64,000 nucleotides of DNA from positions 9,218 to 73,217 of the forward strand of contig BTWA01000031.1 of NCBI GenBank assembly GCA_045863295.1. The letters run 5' to 3'. Positions 1-9,833 of the stretch are shown here, in pieces. A program made the translations under genes and the position numbers. The notes under the pieces are model-generated. The model was not told the origin of the DNA. It saw only the letters and a program-made list of their open reading frames with translations, and ran no database searches. The DNA comes from Candidatus Hydrogenedentota bacterium (GTDB lineage Bacteria; Hydrogenedentota; Hydrogenedentia; Hydrogenedentales; SLHB01). Within the stretch, counting starts at the first letter, position 1. The number at the start of each line of letters is the position of its first letter.

Positions 1-1147
1 TTTGAAGCCCCGACAGACTCGTGTTGTCGGGTCCTTCAAATCCAAAGCCATCGTCAATAGGGCCCCACGAATTGGTGCTGATATGAATCCGGTTGGCCGC
101 GTTGGCGGGGCTCATCTGGTGGGTGAACGCGTTGGCCTCGTCTGTAAAGGTGAATAACCCTGAAATGAGTCGTATTCCCACGAGTTTGGCATTAAAAGCG
201 ACGCCGGTCACGCCGAGGCTGTTATTACCCACAGCAGCGGCCAACCCGGCGCAGCACGTGCCGTGAAAGTCGGTCGAGCTTGGGCTGGGATCGGTGTCGT
301 CGCCGTTGAAGTCAATTCCGAGATCCGCGCGCACGTTGGCCTGCAGATCTTCATGGGTTTGTTCCAGACCGTCATCCACCACCCCGATGTTGACGCCGTC
401 GCCCTGCGCGTCATCCCATGCGGCGGGCGCATTGATGTCGTTGCCCGCCGTGGCGCCGGTGAGTTGTGCGGTGTTGTTGAGGTGCCACTGGTGCGAGGCA
501 TAAAAGGTGTCGTTGGGCGTGAACCGTTTGTCCACTTGTTTTGCAATAACGGGTTCCGCGAAGGTTACCTGGCCGCTTTGCGCGAGCGCGTTGGCTATCT
601 CGAGCGCGGACACCACGTTTGAATCAGTCGATTCCAGCACGAACAAATCTTGCGCGAACGCGAGCTTGTCCACGACGACGACCGGGTAGGTCGCGAGGAT
701 GCCGGCCAAAGAGGTGCCGCCGCCGAGTTGCACGGCGAGCCGGTTGGTAATGACCACGCGCGTCATTTCGCTGCGGGCCAATGGTTCCGCCGGATACGCG
801 ACGGCATGCGCATGGTAGCCCGCCGCGGCGATGGAGTCCGCTTGCTGTTGCAGGTCCGCGCGCGATGCGGCTGCGATGGAGCGCAGGAACGCGCCATTGC
901 CGGCGCCGGCGGACTCCGCGGACGCATGCGGCGCGAGTGACTTCAGCGGGGGCACGGTCGCGCCGGCCTCCGACTTGGGCTCGGTGTAGAGTTCGTTGTA
1001 ATCAAGCCACAATTCGACCGTGCGATCTCCCACAAAGTAGTGCAGGGGTTCGCCGGCGGTCTGCGCGAACGCGCCCAGTGGCGCCACCGCCACCATCCAT
1101 GTGAATGCAACAACGATGCGCCGGAACGTAGCCACCTGTGATCGCAT
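1..1147 (-). CDS. Secreted S8 serine peptidase, kexin/furin-like (3' end outside window)
   Basis: Not in the ORF track because it runs off the edge. Manual translation from ATG 1147 (GGAGA upstream) gives a signal peptide (MRSQVATFRRIVVAFTWMVAVAPLGAFAQ), then NDTFYASHQWHL, catalytic-Asp motif NIGVVDDGLEQTHEDL, His motif FHGTCCAGLAAA and kexin-type NSWGPIDDG. No stop before position 1. Confidence 0.9.
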   Translation of the reverse strand, partial: MRSQVATFRRIVVAFTWMVAVAPLGAFAQTAGEPLHYFVGDRTVELWLDYNELYTEPKSEAGATVPPLKSLAPHASAESAGAGNGAFLRSIAAASRADLQQQADSIAAAGYHAHAVAYPAEPLARSEMTRVVITNRLAVQLGGGTSLAGILATYPVVVVDKLAFAQDLFVLESTDSNVVSALEIANALAQSGQVTFAEPVIAKQVDKRFTPNDTFYASHQWHLNNTAQLTGATAGNDINAPAAWDDAQGDGVNIGVVDDGLEQTHEDLQANVRADLGIDFNGDDTDPSPSSTDFHGTCCAGLAAAVGNNSLGVTGVAFNAKLVGIRLISGLFTFTDEANAFTHQMSPANAANRIHISTNSWGPIDDGFGFEGPDNTSLSGLQ

Positions 1148-1402
1148 ACATATCTCCCGAAACGTGCCTGCCGCGACGCCCCGTCGATCAGCGGCAGGCA
1201 AAATAATTCAACCCACGAGACTGCTTCTGATTATGCCACAACGCATCCCGAATTCGAGACTTGCGATTGCGAACTCATGCGTAATCGGCCACGTGACACG
1301 CAAACGCAATCACGCGCGTAGCGACGGCCATCGTTGGCTTCGAATCGCGGGAAACCGGTATACTGCCGGCTCCGGGCGCAATACCCGGAAAAGGGGGAAG
1401 CA

Positions 1403-3748
1403 GTGGTACCGATTCGCGCCGCCGCGCACACCATCGCGGCATGTTTGTTATTTATCGCACTTATCGTATTTCCCGTTTCGTCCCACGCCGAGGGCACCGA
1501 ATTGTTCAAGGCCGGATCGCCCCCGGGAACGGCCGAAATCCGGACTACGGAACACGTGATCGAAGAGACTGCAGACGGCATTACGTATTTATCCATGGAA
1601 CCGCAAACCGATCCGTATGAGCCCCGGGAACTGGATTTTTACATCGCTGCTCCGGTTCCGTTTCATGGCCGTATTTTGACGGTTGAGATTTCGTTTTTGG
1701 ATCGCGGCGCAGGCGTAATTTCCGTTTCCGCCCGCTCCGGCGATCGCACATTGAAACAAACTCACCAAGCCTCGTATACCCGATTGAATACGGGAACGTC
1801 CCGTAGCGCCTGGTTTGCCTTTCAGTTGCCTCCCAAAGGGAACCCCGGCGACGCCGTTACCCTATCCATTCAAGGGGTGCAGTATTTGCAGTCAATCCAC
1901 GCACACGCGCCGCTGGATCCGGCCACGTGGGACTCGATACGCGCGGCGATCCCCAAAGACGTGACACCTCTGGTTACATTACAACGGCCAATGGAACTTG
2001 TAACGTCCGCGGGGGTGGACGTGCGGGGAGGAACCAATACACTCGAAGATTCGCTGAATAATCTGGCCGATTTGGCGCCGCTTGCGCGTCTGCTCGGGTT
2101 CACGGCGGTGGAAAGTTACGTGACGTGGAAGCGATTGGAGCCGGAAGTGGAAGGCCAATTCGATTTCGCGTTTTACGACGCCATTGTCAACAAGCTGGCT
2201 GAGTATGATTTGAAGTGGTTTCCGTTGCTCATTGTGGGATCGGCCTATGCCCTGCCAGATTGGTTCATCGGCGGCGCGGAAGATGTCGGATTCGTCTGTC
2301 TGGAGCACGGCATCGAAAATCCGATTCAAAGCATTTGGAGCCCTTATCACCAGCGGCATGTGACCCGCGTGTTGCAGGCGTTCGGCGCGCACTACGAACC
2401 CATGGGCGTGTTGCAGGGCGTGCGGCTCGGGCCGAGCGGCAACTACGGCGAATCGCAGTACCCCGCCGGGGGAAATTGGTCGCCCGAAGGCCAGGAGATG
2501 CACATCCATATCGGCATGTGGGCGGCGGATGCCTATGCGATACAGGATTTTCGCGCGGCGATGCGGGCGAAGTACACCACCGTGGATTCACTCAACACGG
2601 CATGGGAAACGCGCTACACAACGTTTGACGAAGTGCCCGTCATGGTGCCGCAATTCATCCGCGTGCCCCGGCAGCGGCTGGACACGGCACAATGGTATAC
2701 CGACAGCATGTCGGAGTGGTGCGCCTGGTGGGTAAACGAATCCGCGAAGGCCTTACCCCATACGCCCATTTACCAGTCTGCCGGAGGCTGGGGATTTCTC
2801 GAAGGCGGCACGGACTATGTCGCGCAGACGGCGGCCATGGTGCCCGTGGGGGGCGGCATCCGGCTGACCAATGAAACCGATAGTTTCGAGCAGAATTTTT
2901 ATGTGACGCGTCTGGCCGCGACGGCGGCGCGTTTGCTTGGCACCGGGTTAGGCTACGAACCCGCAAGCTCGCACACGGCGCGTGGTACCGTGGGCCGTGT
3001 GTTTCACACGGCCACGACCAACGGCGACCACTTCTTTACCTATTTCCACAACATCATGAACCAGCCTATGAGCATTGACAAGTGGATCGAGTATGCGAAC
3101 GTACTTGATTTGAGGCAGGATCCCGTGGTCGAGGTGGCCGTCTACTATCCGGAAACCATGAACCGGCTGGACGACGGCACCTTCCGGCATTTGTACGCAG
3201 GGGGATTTTACCCGCGCGCGCGGGAAGTTCGCCGCGTGGTCGACGTGGACTATCTGGATGAAACGCTGATACGGGATGGATATCTCGAACGATACAAGGT
3301 GCTTGTATTCTGTTGGGGAAACTACATCGAAAGCGACGTGCTTGCCGCCATTGATGCCTGGGTGCAGAAGGGGGGCGTCGTGGTCTATCCGTCGTTTCCA
3401 CGCGGCGATCTACAGACCATCGAAGGAAAAACCAAAGTTTTCGCCGCTTGGACGGCTGGTAAAACCGGGCAAGGTTCGTTCCATCGTTTTCCCGGCGATA
3501 TGGAACCGCCAAGCCTTTACGGCGACTACCTCCGAAAAGTGCTACGACGCACAAGCGTCCTGAATCCGCTGACCTCCCTAGTGATCCAATACGAAATGCC
3601 CGAACACGTGTTCGTCGTCGTTCAGGCCGACGGTCATGCATTGGCGCTCAATTACTCGGAAACGGACCAAGAGTTGGATTTAGGGGGAACGAAGACGGCG
3701 ATCCCTTCCTACGGAATTGCCCGGGTTCCCTTGACTGCAGTTCCATAA
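1403..3748 (+). CDS. Exported glycoside hydrolase, GH42/GH14-like TIM barrel with C-terminal GH42-trimerisation-like domain
   Basis: Signal peptide ending SHA-EG; WKRLEPEVEGQFDFAFYD; LGPSGNYGESQYP; C-terminal VAVYYP...RYKVLV. GTG at 1403 follows GGGGGA. Confidence 0.7.
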   Translation: MVPIRAAAHTIAACLLFIALIVFPVSSHAEGTELFKAGSPPGTAEIRTTEHVIEETADGITYLSMEPQTDPYEPRELDFYIAAPVPFHGRILTVEISFLDRGAGVISVSARSGDRTLKQTHQASYTRLNTGTSRSAWFAFQLPPKGNPGDAVTLSIQGVQYLQSIHAHAPLDPATWDSIRAAIPKDVTPLVTLQRPMELVTSAGVDVRGGTNTLEDSLNNLADLAPLARLLGFTAVESYVTWKRLEPEVEGQFDFAFYDAIVNKLAEYDLKWFPLLIVGSAYALPDWFIGGAEDVGFVCLEHGIENPIQSIWSPYHQRHVTRVLQAFGAHYEPMGVLQGVRLGPSGNYGESQYPAGGNWSPEGQEMHIHIGMWAADAYAIQDFRAAMRAKYTTVDSLNTAWETRYTTFDEVPVMVPQFIRVPRQRLDTAQWYTDSMSEWCAWWVNESAKALPHTPIYQSAGGWGFLEGGTDYVAQTAAMVPVGGGIRLTNETDSFEQNFYVTRLAATAARLLGTGLGYEPASSHTARGTVGRVFHTATTNGDHFFTYFHNIMNQPMSIDKWIEYANVLDLRQDPVVEVAVYYPETMNRLDDGTFRHLYAGGFYPRAREVRRVVDVDYLDETLIRDGYLERYKVLVFCWGNYIESDVLAAIDAWVQKGGVVVYPSFPRGDLQTIEGKTKVFAAWTAGKTGQGSFHRFPGDMEPPSLYGDYLRKVLRRTSVLNPLTSLVIQYEMPEHVFVVVQADGHALALNYSETDQELDLGGTKTAIPSYGIARVPLTAVP

Positions 3749-4051
3749 ACCATGGGTCCGGGACCACGATGAACGCTACCGGCCTTTCGATCCTGAGTGG
3801 ACCCCTCGCGCGGATGCTGGCGTTCCGCCGCTGATCCCGGGACTGCCAGAATCCATGGCGGTCTCAAGCGGAACCAATTGCCGCGTGGAACTTCTTTGCG
3901 GGAAACGGGATGTATTATCGGGAAAATAATCGTGAAATCTGTCGCGGTTGGCCGCGGTTTCAGAATGGCGCGCGACGCGAGAATAATGGTATACTGTCTT
4001 CAAATCGACCCGGATTGCGGGATGGGTAGTCGGTGATGGGGTTGCATCTCG

Positions 4052-4208
4052 AAAAGGGCGGCGGATTGGTTTTGATCCGTTACCAATAGGCGCACTCTAT
4101 CTCGAACCAATTATGTTCCCTTGCGACCGGTGGGCGGTTGTACGATTTCAACTGAATGATAACTGCATACCAGGTTGAGAATGTACGCCTCCCGCCGTCG
4201 CTTTTTTT
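4052..4208 (+). ncRNA. Candidate structured ncRNA, 6S (ssrS)-like rod with central bubble
   Basis: Nested complementarity: GGCGGCGG/CCGCCGTC, AGGCGCAC/GTACGCCT, TCTCGAACC/GGTTGAGA, TATGT/GCATA, apical TGCGACCG/CGGTTGTA. G-U pairs favour the + strand. Ends in a T7 tract. Intergenic. Confidence 0.55.
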
Positions 4209-4298
4209 GTGCCCGGCCGTCGCCGTTGCGTGTGCGCATACCCACGGCTTCCTGTAGAATCACGCAAACCCATTTATTGGCTTACGGAGCGATCATTC

Positions 4299-5192
4299 AT
4301 GAAAACGGCGTTTCGGTGTGGATTGCTTGCGATTGCCGCGTGTCTGCCGGCAGTGGGAGAGGGTGCTGAGGAGAAGGCCGTGGTCAAGGGCCTTGTCGTC
4401 ATGTTTACCGACTACGGCGCGGACTCCATCTATGTCGGCATACTCAAGGGCGCGATGTACGCGAAGTTTCCCGATGTGCGTATCGATTCCATTACCAATT
4501 CGGTGCCTCCTTACGATATTCAGTCTGGCGCATACCAGTTGGCGGAGGCGTGCGGATCGTATCCGCAGGGGACCATTTTCGCATGCGTGGTAGATCCCGG
4601 TGTGGGCACCGAGCGACGGTGCATAGCGTTAAGAACAAAGAGCGGACAAACCTTTGTCGGACCGGACAACGGCCTGCTGACGCTTGTGGCCCAGATGTTT
4701 GGCGTGGAAGAAATGCGCGAATGCACCAACGAAGCAATGTGGCGCAGCGGCAGCCATACGTCGACCACGTTTCACGGCCGCGATATTTTTGGTCCGGTTG
4801 CCGCTTCGCTTGCCGGGGGCGCTAAGTTCGAAGGCGTTGGGCCGACAATGGAATCGATGGTGACCATCGATCTACCGGTAAGCCGTATCGAGAACGGGAC
4901 AGCTTTGGGCGGCGTGATGCGCACGGACTGGTACGGGAACGTGGTGACCACGGTTACGCTGAGAAACCTCACCGAGCTTGGAATTAAGGAAGGCGATTCC
5001 ATCGCCATTGAGTTGAATGGAGAGCGATTTGTGGCGCCGCTCGCACGCACCTATGGCGCCGTGCCCAAAGGCAGCCGGCTGGTGGTGGTGCAGAGTTCAG
5101 GATTCATCGAGTGCGCCATCAATCAGGGCAACCTGGCGGATGCAGCCAAAGCGGAGCCCGGTCAAAAGGTGATCATGAAGAAGGCCAAGTGA
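4299..5192 (+). CDS. SAM hydroxide adenosyltransferase (DUF62, chlorinase/fluorinase family)
   Basis: Motifs FTDYG, VVDPGVGTERR, GPDNGLL, TTFHGRDIFGPVAA, DWYGNVVT. ATG 4299 follows GGAG. Confidence 0.9.
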   Translation: MKTAFRCGLLAIAACLPAVGEGAEEKAVVKGLVVMFTDYGADSIYVGILKGAMYAKFPDVRIDSITNSVPPYDIQSGAYQLAEACGSYPQGTIFACVVDPGVGTERRCIALRTKSGQTFVGPDNGLLTLVAQMFGVEEMRECTNEAMWRSGSHTSTTFHGRDIFGPVAASLAGGAKFEGVGPTMESMVTIDLPVSRIENGTALGGVMRTDWYGNVVTTVTLRNLTELGIKEGDSIAIELNGERFVAPLARTYGAVPKGSRLVVVQSSGFIECAINQGNLADAAKAEPGQKVIMKKAK

Positions 5193-5232
5193 CGCTGCAT
5201 TGCGCCAACCTGAGGTACATTGGGACGATTGC

Positions 5233-5889
5233 GTGAAACGAACACTGATGGCCTATTTCAACCGGATGAGCCGCCACTACGGTCCGACGCAATGGTGGCC
5301 GGGCGATACCCCGTTTGAAATCGCGGTGGGCGCCATTCTCACGCAAAACACGGCTTGGACCAATGTCGAAAAAGCCATTGCGAATCTGAAGCGCGATGGG
5401 CTTCTTTCTCCCCGTGCATTGCTCGAGTGTCCAGACGAAGCCTTGCACGAATCCTTGAGGCCGTCCGGCTATTTCAGAATCAAGACAAAACGTGTGCGGA
5501 GTTTCTGCGAGTATCTCATGCACCGGTACGGCGGCAGTATGAAGCGCATGGGACGGCAACCGCTGGAACGTCTGAGGCCGGAGTTATTGGCGGTGTCTGG
5601 CATTGGTCCCGAAACGGCGGACGACATTCTGCTCTATGCATTGGGCAAGCCGGTGTTTGTCATCGATGCGTATACCCGCAGAATTCTCTCCAGGCACGGA
5701 GTGGACGCGCATTCGCTCGACTATGAGGGTTTGCGCGCATTTTTCGAATCGAACCTCGACAACGACGTTCCGTTGTTCAAGGAGTACCACGGCCTTATCG
5801 TCTGGACCGCCAAAGACTTCTGCAAGACCCGCCCCAATTGCGAGGGATGCCCGCTGGAACCGCTGCTTCAGGGCGGTAGACCAAGCTAG
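5233..5889 (+). CDS. HhH-GPD DNA glycosylase, endonuclease III-related
   Basis: WWPGDTPFEIAVGAILTQNTAW, GIGPETADDILLY, VIDAYTRR, C-terminal CKTRPNCEGCPL. Start uncertain (5233 or 5248). Confidence 0.88.
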   Translation: MKRTLMAYFNRMSRHYGPTQWWPGDTPFEIAVGAILTQNTAWTNVEKAIANLKRDGLLSPRALLECPDEALHESLRPSGYFRIKTKRVRSFCEYLMHRYGGSMKRMGRQPLERLRPELLAVSGIGPETADDILLYALGKPVFVIDAYTRRILSRHGVDAHSLDYEGLRAFFESNLDNDVPLFKEYHGLIVWTAKDFCKTRPNCEGCPLEPLLQGGRPS

Positions 5890-5899
5890 ACCGGGCAGA

Positions 5900-7177
5900 T
5901 TACCCCCGCTTTTCGACCGGGATGTATTCCCGCTTCATTGCACCTGTGTATACCTGCCGCGGGCGATGGATGCGCGTTTCCGGATCTTCCCGCATTTCTT
6001 TCCATTGCGCGAGCCAGCCCGGCATGCGGCCGATCGCGAACATGACGGTGAACATGTTTGTGGGAATGCCCATGGCGCGATAGATGATGCCGCTGTAGAA
6101 ATCGACATTCGGATACAATTTGCGTTCAACGAAAAACTCATCCTTCAACGCAATCTCTTCGAGATTCTTCGCAAGATCAAGAAGCGGATCGCTTACACCC
6201 AATTCATCCAGTACCGCATCGCAGGATTCCTTCAGCAGCGATGCGCGCGGATCATAGTTCTTGTAGACCCGGTGGCCAAAGCCCATCAGCCGGAACCCGG
6301 AGTCCTTTTTCTTTGCCATGTCGATGTATTTCTTGTAATTGCCGCCGTCCTGCTGAATCTTCTCCAACATCTCCAGAACCGCTTGATTGGCTCCGCCGTG
6401 CAGCGGCCCCCATAACCCACTGATGCCCGACGCAATGGCGGAATACAGATTAACCCGGCTGCTGCCCACCATGCGCACCGTCGAGGTGCTGCAATTTTGT
6501 TCGTGATCCGCATGAAGTATCAGAAGAAGATCGAGCGCCTTTACCAACACGGGGCTAGGTTCAAAATCCACCTGCGGCGTCGCAAACATCATGCGCAAAA
6601 AGTTCGCCGAGTAACTCAATTCGGCCCGCGGATAAATTATCGGCTCGCCCTGCGACATCTTGTAAGAAAAGGCCGCAATGGTCTTGGCCTTGGCCAACAA
6701 GCGAACGATGTTCGTGTCAATGTGCTCGTCCTCGTCGGTATCCGGGTAGAACGTGGACATCGACGAAACCAACGACGAAAGAATGGCCATGGGGTGTGCC
6801 GACGGGGGATAGGTATCGAAAAAGTGGCGCATGCCTTCATGCATCAGGCTGTTCATGGTCAGCTGGTTGCGCCAAGCGTTCAGCTGGGTTGCCGTCGGCA
6901 GTTCGCCATAAATTAGCAGGTAACACACTTCGGGAAACCGTGCATGCCGCGCCAACTCTTCAATGGGATACCCGCGATACCGGAGTATCCCCTTCTCCCC
7001 GTCAATAAACGTAATGCTGCTTCGGCAAGATCCGGTGTTGCCATAGCCGGGATCGTACGTAATGGCGCCCGTTTGCGAACGAAGCGAACTGATGTCTATG
7101 GCGGTCTCGCCTTCGCTTCCCACAAATACCGGGAATTCGTATTCTTTACCGTTTAGAATCAGTTTGGCTTTACTCAT
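5900..7177 (-). CDS. gltA: Citrate synthase
   Basis: DPGYGNT, LRYRGYPIE, HADHEQNCST, GPLHGGAN, GFGHRVYK, LYPNVDFYSG. Confidence 0.97.
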   Translation of the reverse strand: MSKAKLILNGKEYEFPVFVGSEGETAIDISSLRSQTGAITYDPGYGNTGSCRSSITFIDGEKGILRYRGYPIEELARHARFPEVCYLLIYGELPTATQLNAWRNQLTMNSLMHEGMRHFFDTYPPSAHPMAILSSLVSSMSTFYPDTDEDEHIDTNIVRLLAKAKTIAAFSYKMSQGEPIIYPRAELSYSANFLRMMFATPQVDFEPSPVLVKALDLLLILHADHEQNCSTSTVRMVGSSRVNLYSAIASGISGLWGPLHGGANQAVLEMLEKIQQDGGNYKKYIDMAKKKDSGFRLMGFGHRVYKNYDPRASLLKESCDAVLDELGVSDPLLDLAKNLEEIALKDEFFVERKLYPNVDFYSGIIYRAMGIPTNMFTVMFAIGRMPGWLAQWKEMREDPETRIHRPRQVYTGAMKREYIPVEKRG

Positions 7178-7560
7178 GGCCTTCTCCGTTCCCTGAAATC
7201 CCGCACGCGCAGACCCAATGAGCGAACCGCATCGCGCCCGGGCCCTCTTTCGATTGACGCAAACCGCATGTCGCAATTGACTTACGACATTCCCCGCGGA
7301 TTGGCAAGGGCACTATACCGTTTGAACGTTGCTTGAATCAATCTTGCGTCGCCAATGTACTGTGGTCGAATCGCCGAGTTGCCTCATAAGACCGGTCCCC
7401 TTTGTTGGAAGTGGTTGATCGTGGATGTATCGAATAGGAAGCGGCCGCTTCACCACAACATGTAGAACGAGAAGTACACAAGGCCCCTATCGGTGTGCTA
7501 CAGTAATGCGGCAAGGCCCGCGTAGTGATAATCCAGACCGCGTTCAAGAGAGGAGTGACC

Positions 7561-8937
7561 ATGCCCGGTAACGAGAAATTGCCGCCGCTAGAACAGAACT
7601 CTCCGCTTCTTACGTTCCTCAAGCAGGATGCCGTAGCCGCTTGCCTGTTGTTGCTATCGGCCGTTATCGCCATGGTGTGTGCCAACTCCGCCGTCCACGA
7701 GTGGTACCACAATCTCTGGCATCAATATGCCGGGTTCTCACTGGGCGATTTCGCGCTGAAGTACAGCCTACACCACTGGGTCAATGACGGGCTGATGTCG
7801 ATCTTCTTTTTTTTGGTTGGGTTGGAGATTAAGCGCGAATTGCTGGTCGGCGAACTGGCGTCGATACGCAAAGCGACGCTCCCCGCGGCCGCCGCCCTTG
7901 GCGGTATGATTTTTCCGGCATTGATTTACACGGTTTTCAATTTTGGCAAACCTACGGCCGGTGGGTGGGGCGTTCCGATGGCCACGGACATCGCATTTGC
8001 CACCGGGTGTCTGGCCTTGTTGGGGAGGCGGATCCCTGCCTCGCTCAGCGTGTTTCTCATGGCATTGGCAATTGTGGACGATCTCGGATCGGTCACCGTC
8101 ATCGCCCTGTTCTACTCGGATCAAATCGCGTTGCGGCCGTTGATCATCGGCACGGCAATGATCGTTCTCTCATACGGCCTTGCCCGCAAGGGCGTACGCG
8201 CTACGTGGGTCTATGTCGCAATCGGGGCCGTAGTGTGGTTCGAATTCCTGCAATCCGGCGTGCATGCCACTATCGCAGGCGTGTTGCTTGCCTTTACAAT
8301 TCCGCCCGATGCCCAGTACGAAACGCCGAACTTCTTTGGCCGAATGTCCATTCTGCTTCGACGGTTCAATGACGCGGAAGACTTCGCCAACCCGCTGCTC
8401 GTGAATGGCCGCCAACAACAAATCATTCGCTCGATCTTGCGGGAGTGCCATCACGTGGAGGCTCCGCTCCAACGCATTGAGCACCTGCTTCATCCATTCA
8501 GCGTGTTTCTTATCATGCCGGTGTTTGCATTCGCCAATTCAGGCGTGCATTTGGATTGGGGCGAGGTGCCGCGCATGATGGGCGAATCCGTGACGCTTGG
8601 CATCATTTTTGGGCTAATCCTTGGGAAGCAAATTGGCATCATGTCGTTCTGTTGGGTAACCGTCAAGTTGGGTTGGGCCGAATTGCCCAAGGGCGTCAAA
8701 TGGATTCAGATCTACGGCGTCAGTTGGCTTGCCGCAATCGGTTTCACCATGGCGCTCTTTGTAAATGAACTGGCGTTCAAGAACGTTGAAGACGCAGAGA
8801 TATATCTTGCGGAAGGTAAAGTGGGTACATTTACCGCGAGCATTATCGCGGGTATCGTCGGCGTCCTGATTCTTCGCGCGGTTTGTCCGCTTCCGCCGCA
8901 AGGCGCCGAGTCAGAAGCACCCCGCAAAGGCCACTGA
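7561..8937 (+). CDS. nhaA: Na+/H+ antiporter NhaA
   Basis: WVNDGLM, GLEIKRE, GWGVPMATDIAF, LAIVDDLG, SGVHATIAGV, IGFTMALF. AGGAG ribosome-binding site. Confidence 0.95.
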   Translation: MPGNEKLPPLEQNSPLLTFLKQDAVAACLLLLSAVIAMVCANSAVHEWYHNLWHQYAGFSLGDFALKYSLHHWVNDGLMSIFFFLVGLEIKRELLVGELASIRKATLPAAAALGGMIFPALIYTVFNFGKPTAGGWGVPMATDIAFATGCLALLGRRIPASLSVFLMALAIVDDLGSVTVIALFYSDQIALRPLIIGTAMIVLSYGLARKGVRATWVYVAIGAVVWFEFLQSGVHATIAGVLLAFTIPPDAQYETPNFFGRMSILLRRFNDAEDFANPLLVNGRQQQIIRSILRECHHVEAPLQRIEHLLHPFSVFLIMPVFAFANSGVHLDWGEVPRMMGESVTLGIIFGLILGKQIGIMSFCWVTVKLGWAELPKGVKWIQIYGVSWLAAIGFTMALFVNELAFKNVEDAEIYLAEGKVGTFTASIIAGIVGVLILRAVCPLPPQGAESEAPRKGH

Positions 8938-8975
8938 TTCATGGCGCATTGCAATGCAGGCCGCCGAGTCCGCGG

Positions 8976-9743
8976 TCAACGAGGCGGCATGCGCAATGCC
9001 CCGTCCAGACGGATAGTCTCTCCATTCAAATAGGGATTCTCCAAGACCTGCCGCACCATGTGCGCAAACTCCACCGCAGCACCCAGTCGCTTCGGAAACG
9101 GGATGGTGTCGGCCAGCGCGTCCTTCTGATCCTGCGGAAGCATGGCCATCAAGGGGGTATCGAAAAGCCCCGGCGCGATGGTGACGACGCGGATACCCAT
9201 GGTGGCGAGGTCGCGGGCCATGGCCAATGTCATGCCGACAATGCCCGCCTTGGAAGATGCATATGCCACCTGGCCAATTTGACCGTCAAACGCCGCAATG
9301 GAGGCCGTATTCACGATTACGCCCCGTTCCCCGGTTTCCAGCGGGACATTGGCCGTGATGGCCGCGGCGGCCAGCCGGGCCACATTGAACGTCCCTATCA
9401 GATTAATGTTGATAACTGTTTTGAAGGCTTCAAGATCATGCGGACCTGATTTGCTCGTGGTGCGCATGGCCATGCCGACACCCGCACAATTGACGGCGCC
9501 GTGCAGAGGCCCAAATTGTGCCACCGCCTTTTGAATCGCCTCTTGGACACTTGACTCGTCCGTAACGTCGGTCCGGACAAAAACCGCCGCATCACCCAAC
9601 TCTTGCGCCAGCGCATTTCCGCCTTCGTCGTTTACGTCGGCAACAATGGCGCGCCCGCCCGCATCCGCGATCATGCGGACCGTCGCCGCGCCCAGCCCCG
9701 ACGATCCACCAGTTACGAATACGGTCTTTCCTGCGATGTCCAT
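8976..9743 (-). CDS. SDR, 3-hydroxyacyl-CoA dehydrogenase type II (HSD10-like)
   Basis: [46 protein letters not shown]. Confidence 0.92.
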   Translation of the reverse strand: MDIAGKTVFVTGGSSGLGAATVRMIADAGGRAIVADVNDEGGNALAQELGDAAVFVRTDVTDESSVQEAIQKAVAQFGPLHGAVNCAGVGMAMRTTSKSGPHDLEAFKTVININLIGTFNVARLAAAAITANVPLETGERGVIVNTASIAAFDGQIGQVAYASSKAGIVGMTLAMARDLATMGIRVVTIAPGLFDTPLMAMLPQDQKDALADTIPFPKRLGAAVEFAHMVRQVLENPYLNGETIRLDGALRMPPR

Positions 9744-9833
9744 TGGTATTCCCCAATACAGTCGGATGCCCCTTGATTTCGATTGTCAGTATACCGAAAC
9801 CACAGGGAGGCCGGAATAGGCAGGGTTGGGAAA

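Noticed and set aside
3812..3854. Hairpin GGATGCTGGC/GCCAGAATCC as a SAM or SAH riboswitch
   Set aside because: No recognisable riboswitch consensus; more likely a 3' stem of the GH gene.
4140..4200. ATAACTGCA resembling a tmRNA resume site; possible tRNA
   Set aside because: No tRNA-like acceptor or T-arm, no Ala-ending tag, and too short for tmRNA.
4299..5192. True fluorinase or chlorinase
   Set aside because: The TFHGRD motif fits the hydroxide-transferring DUF62 type.
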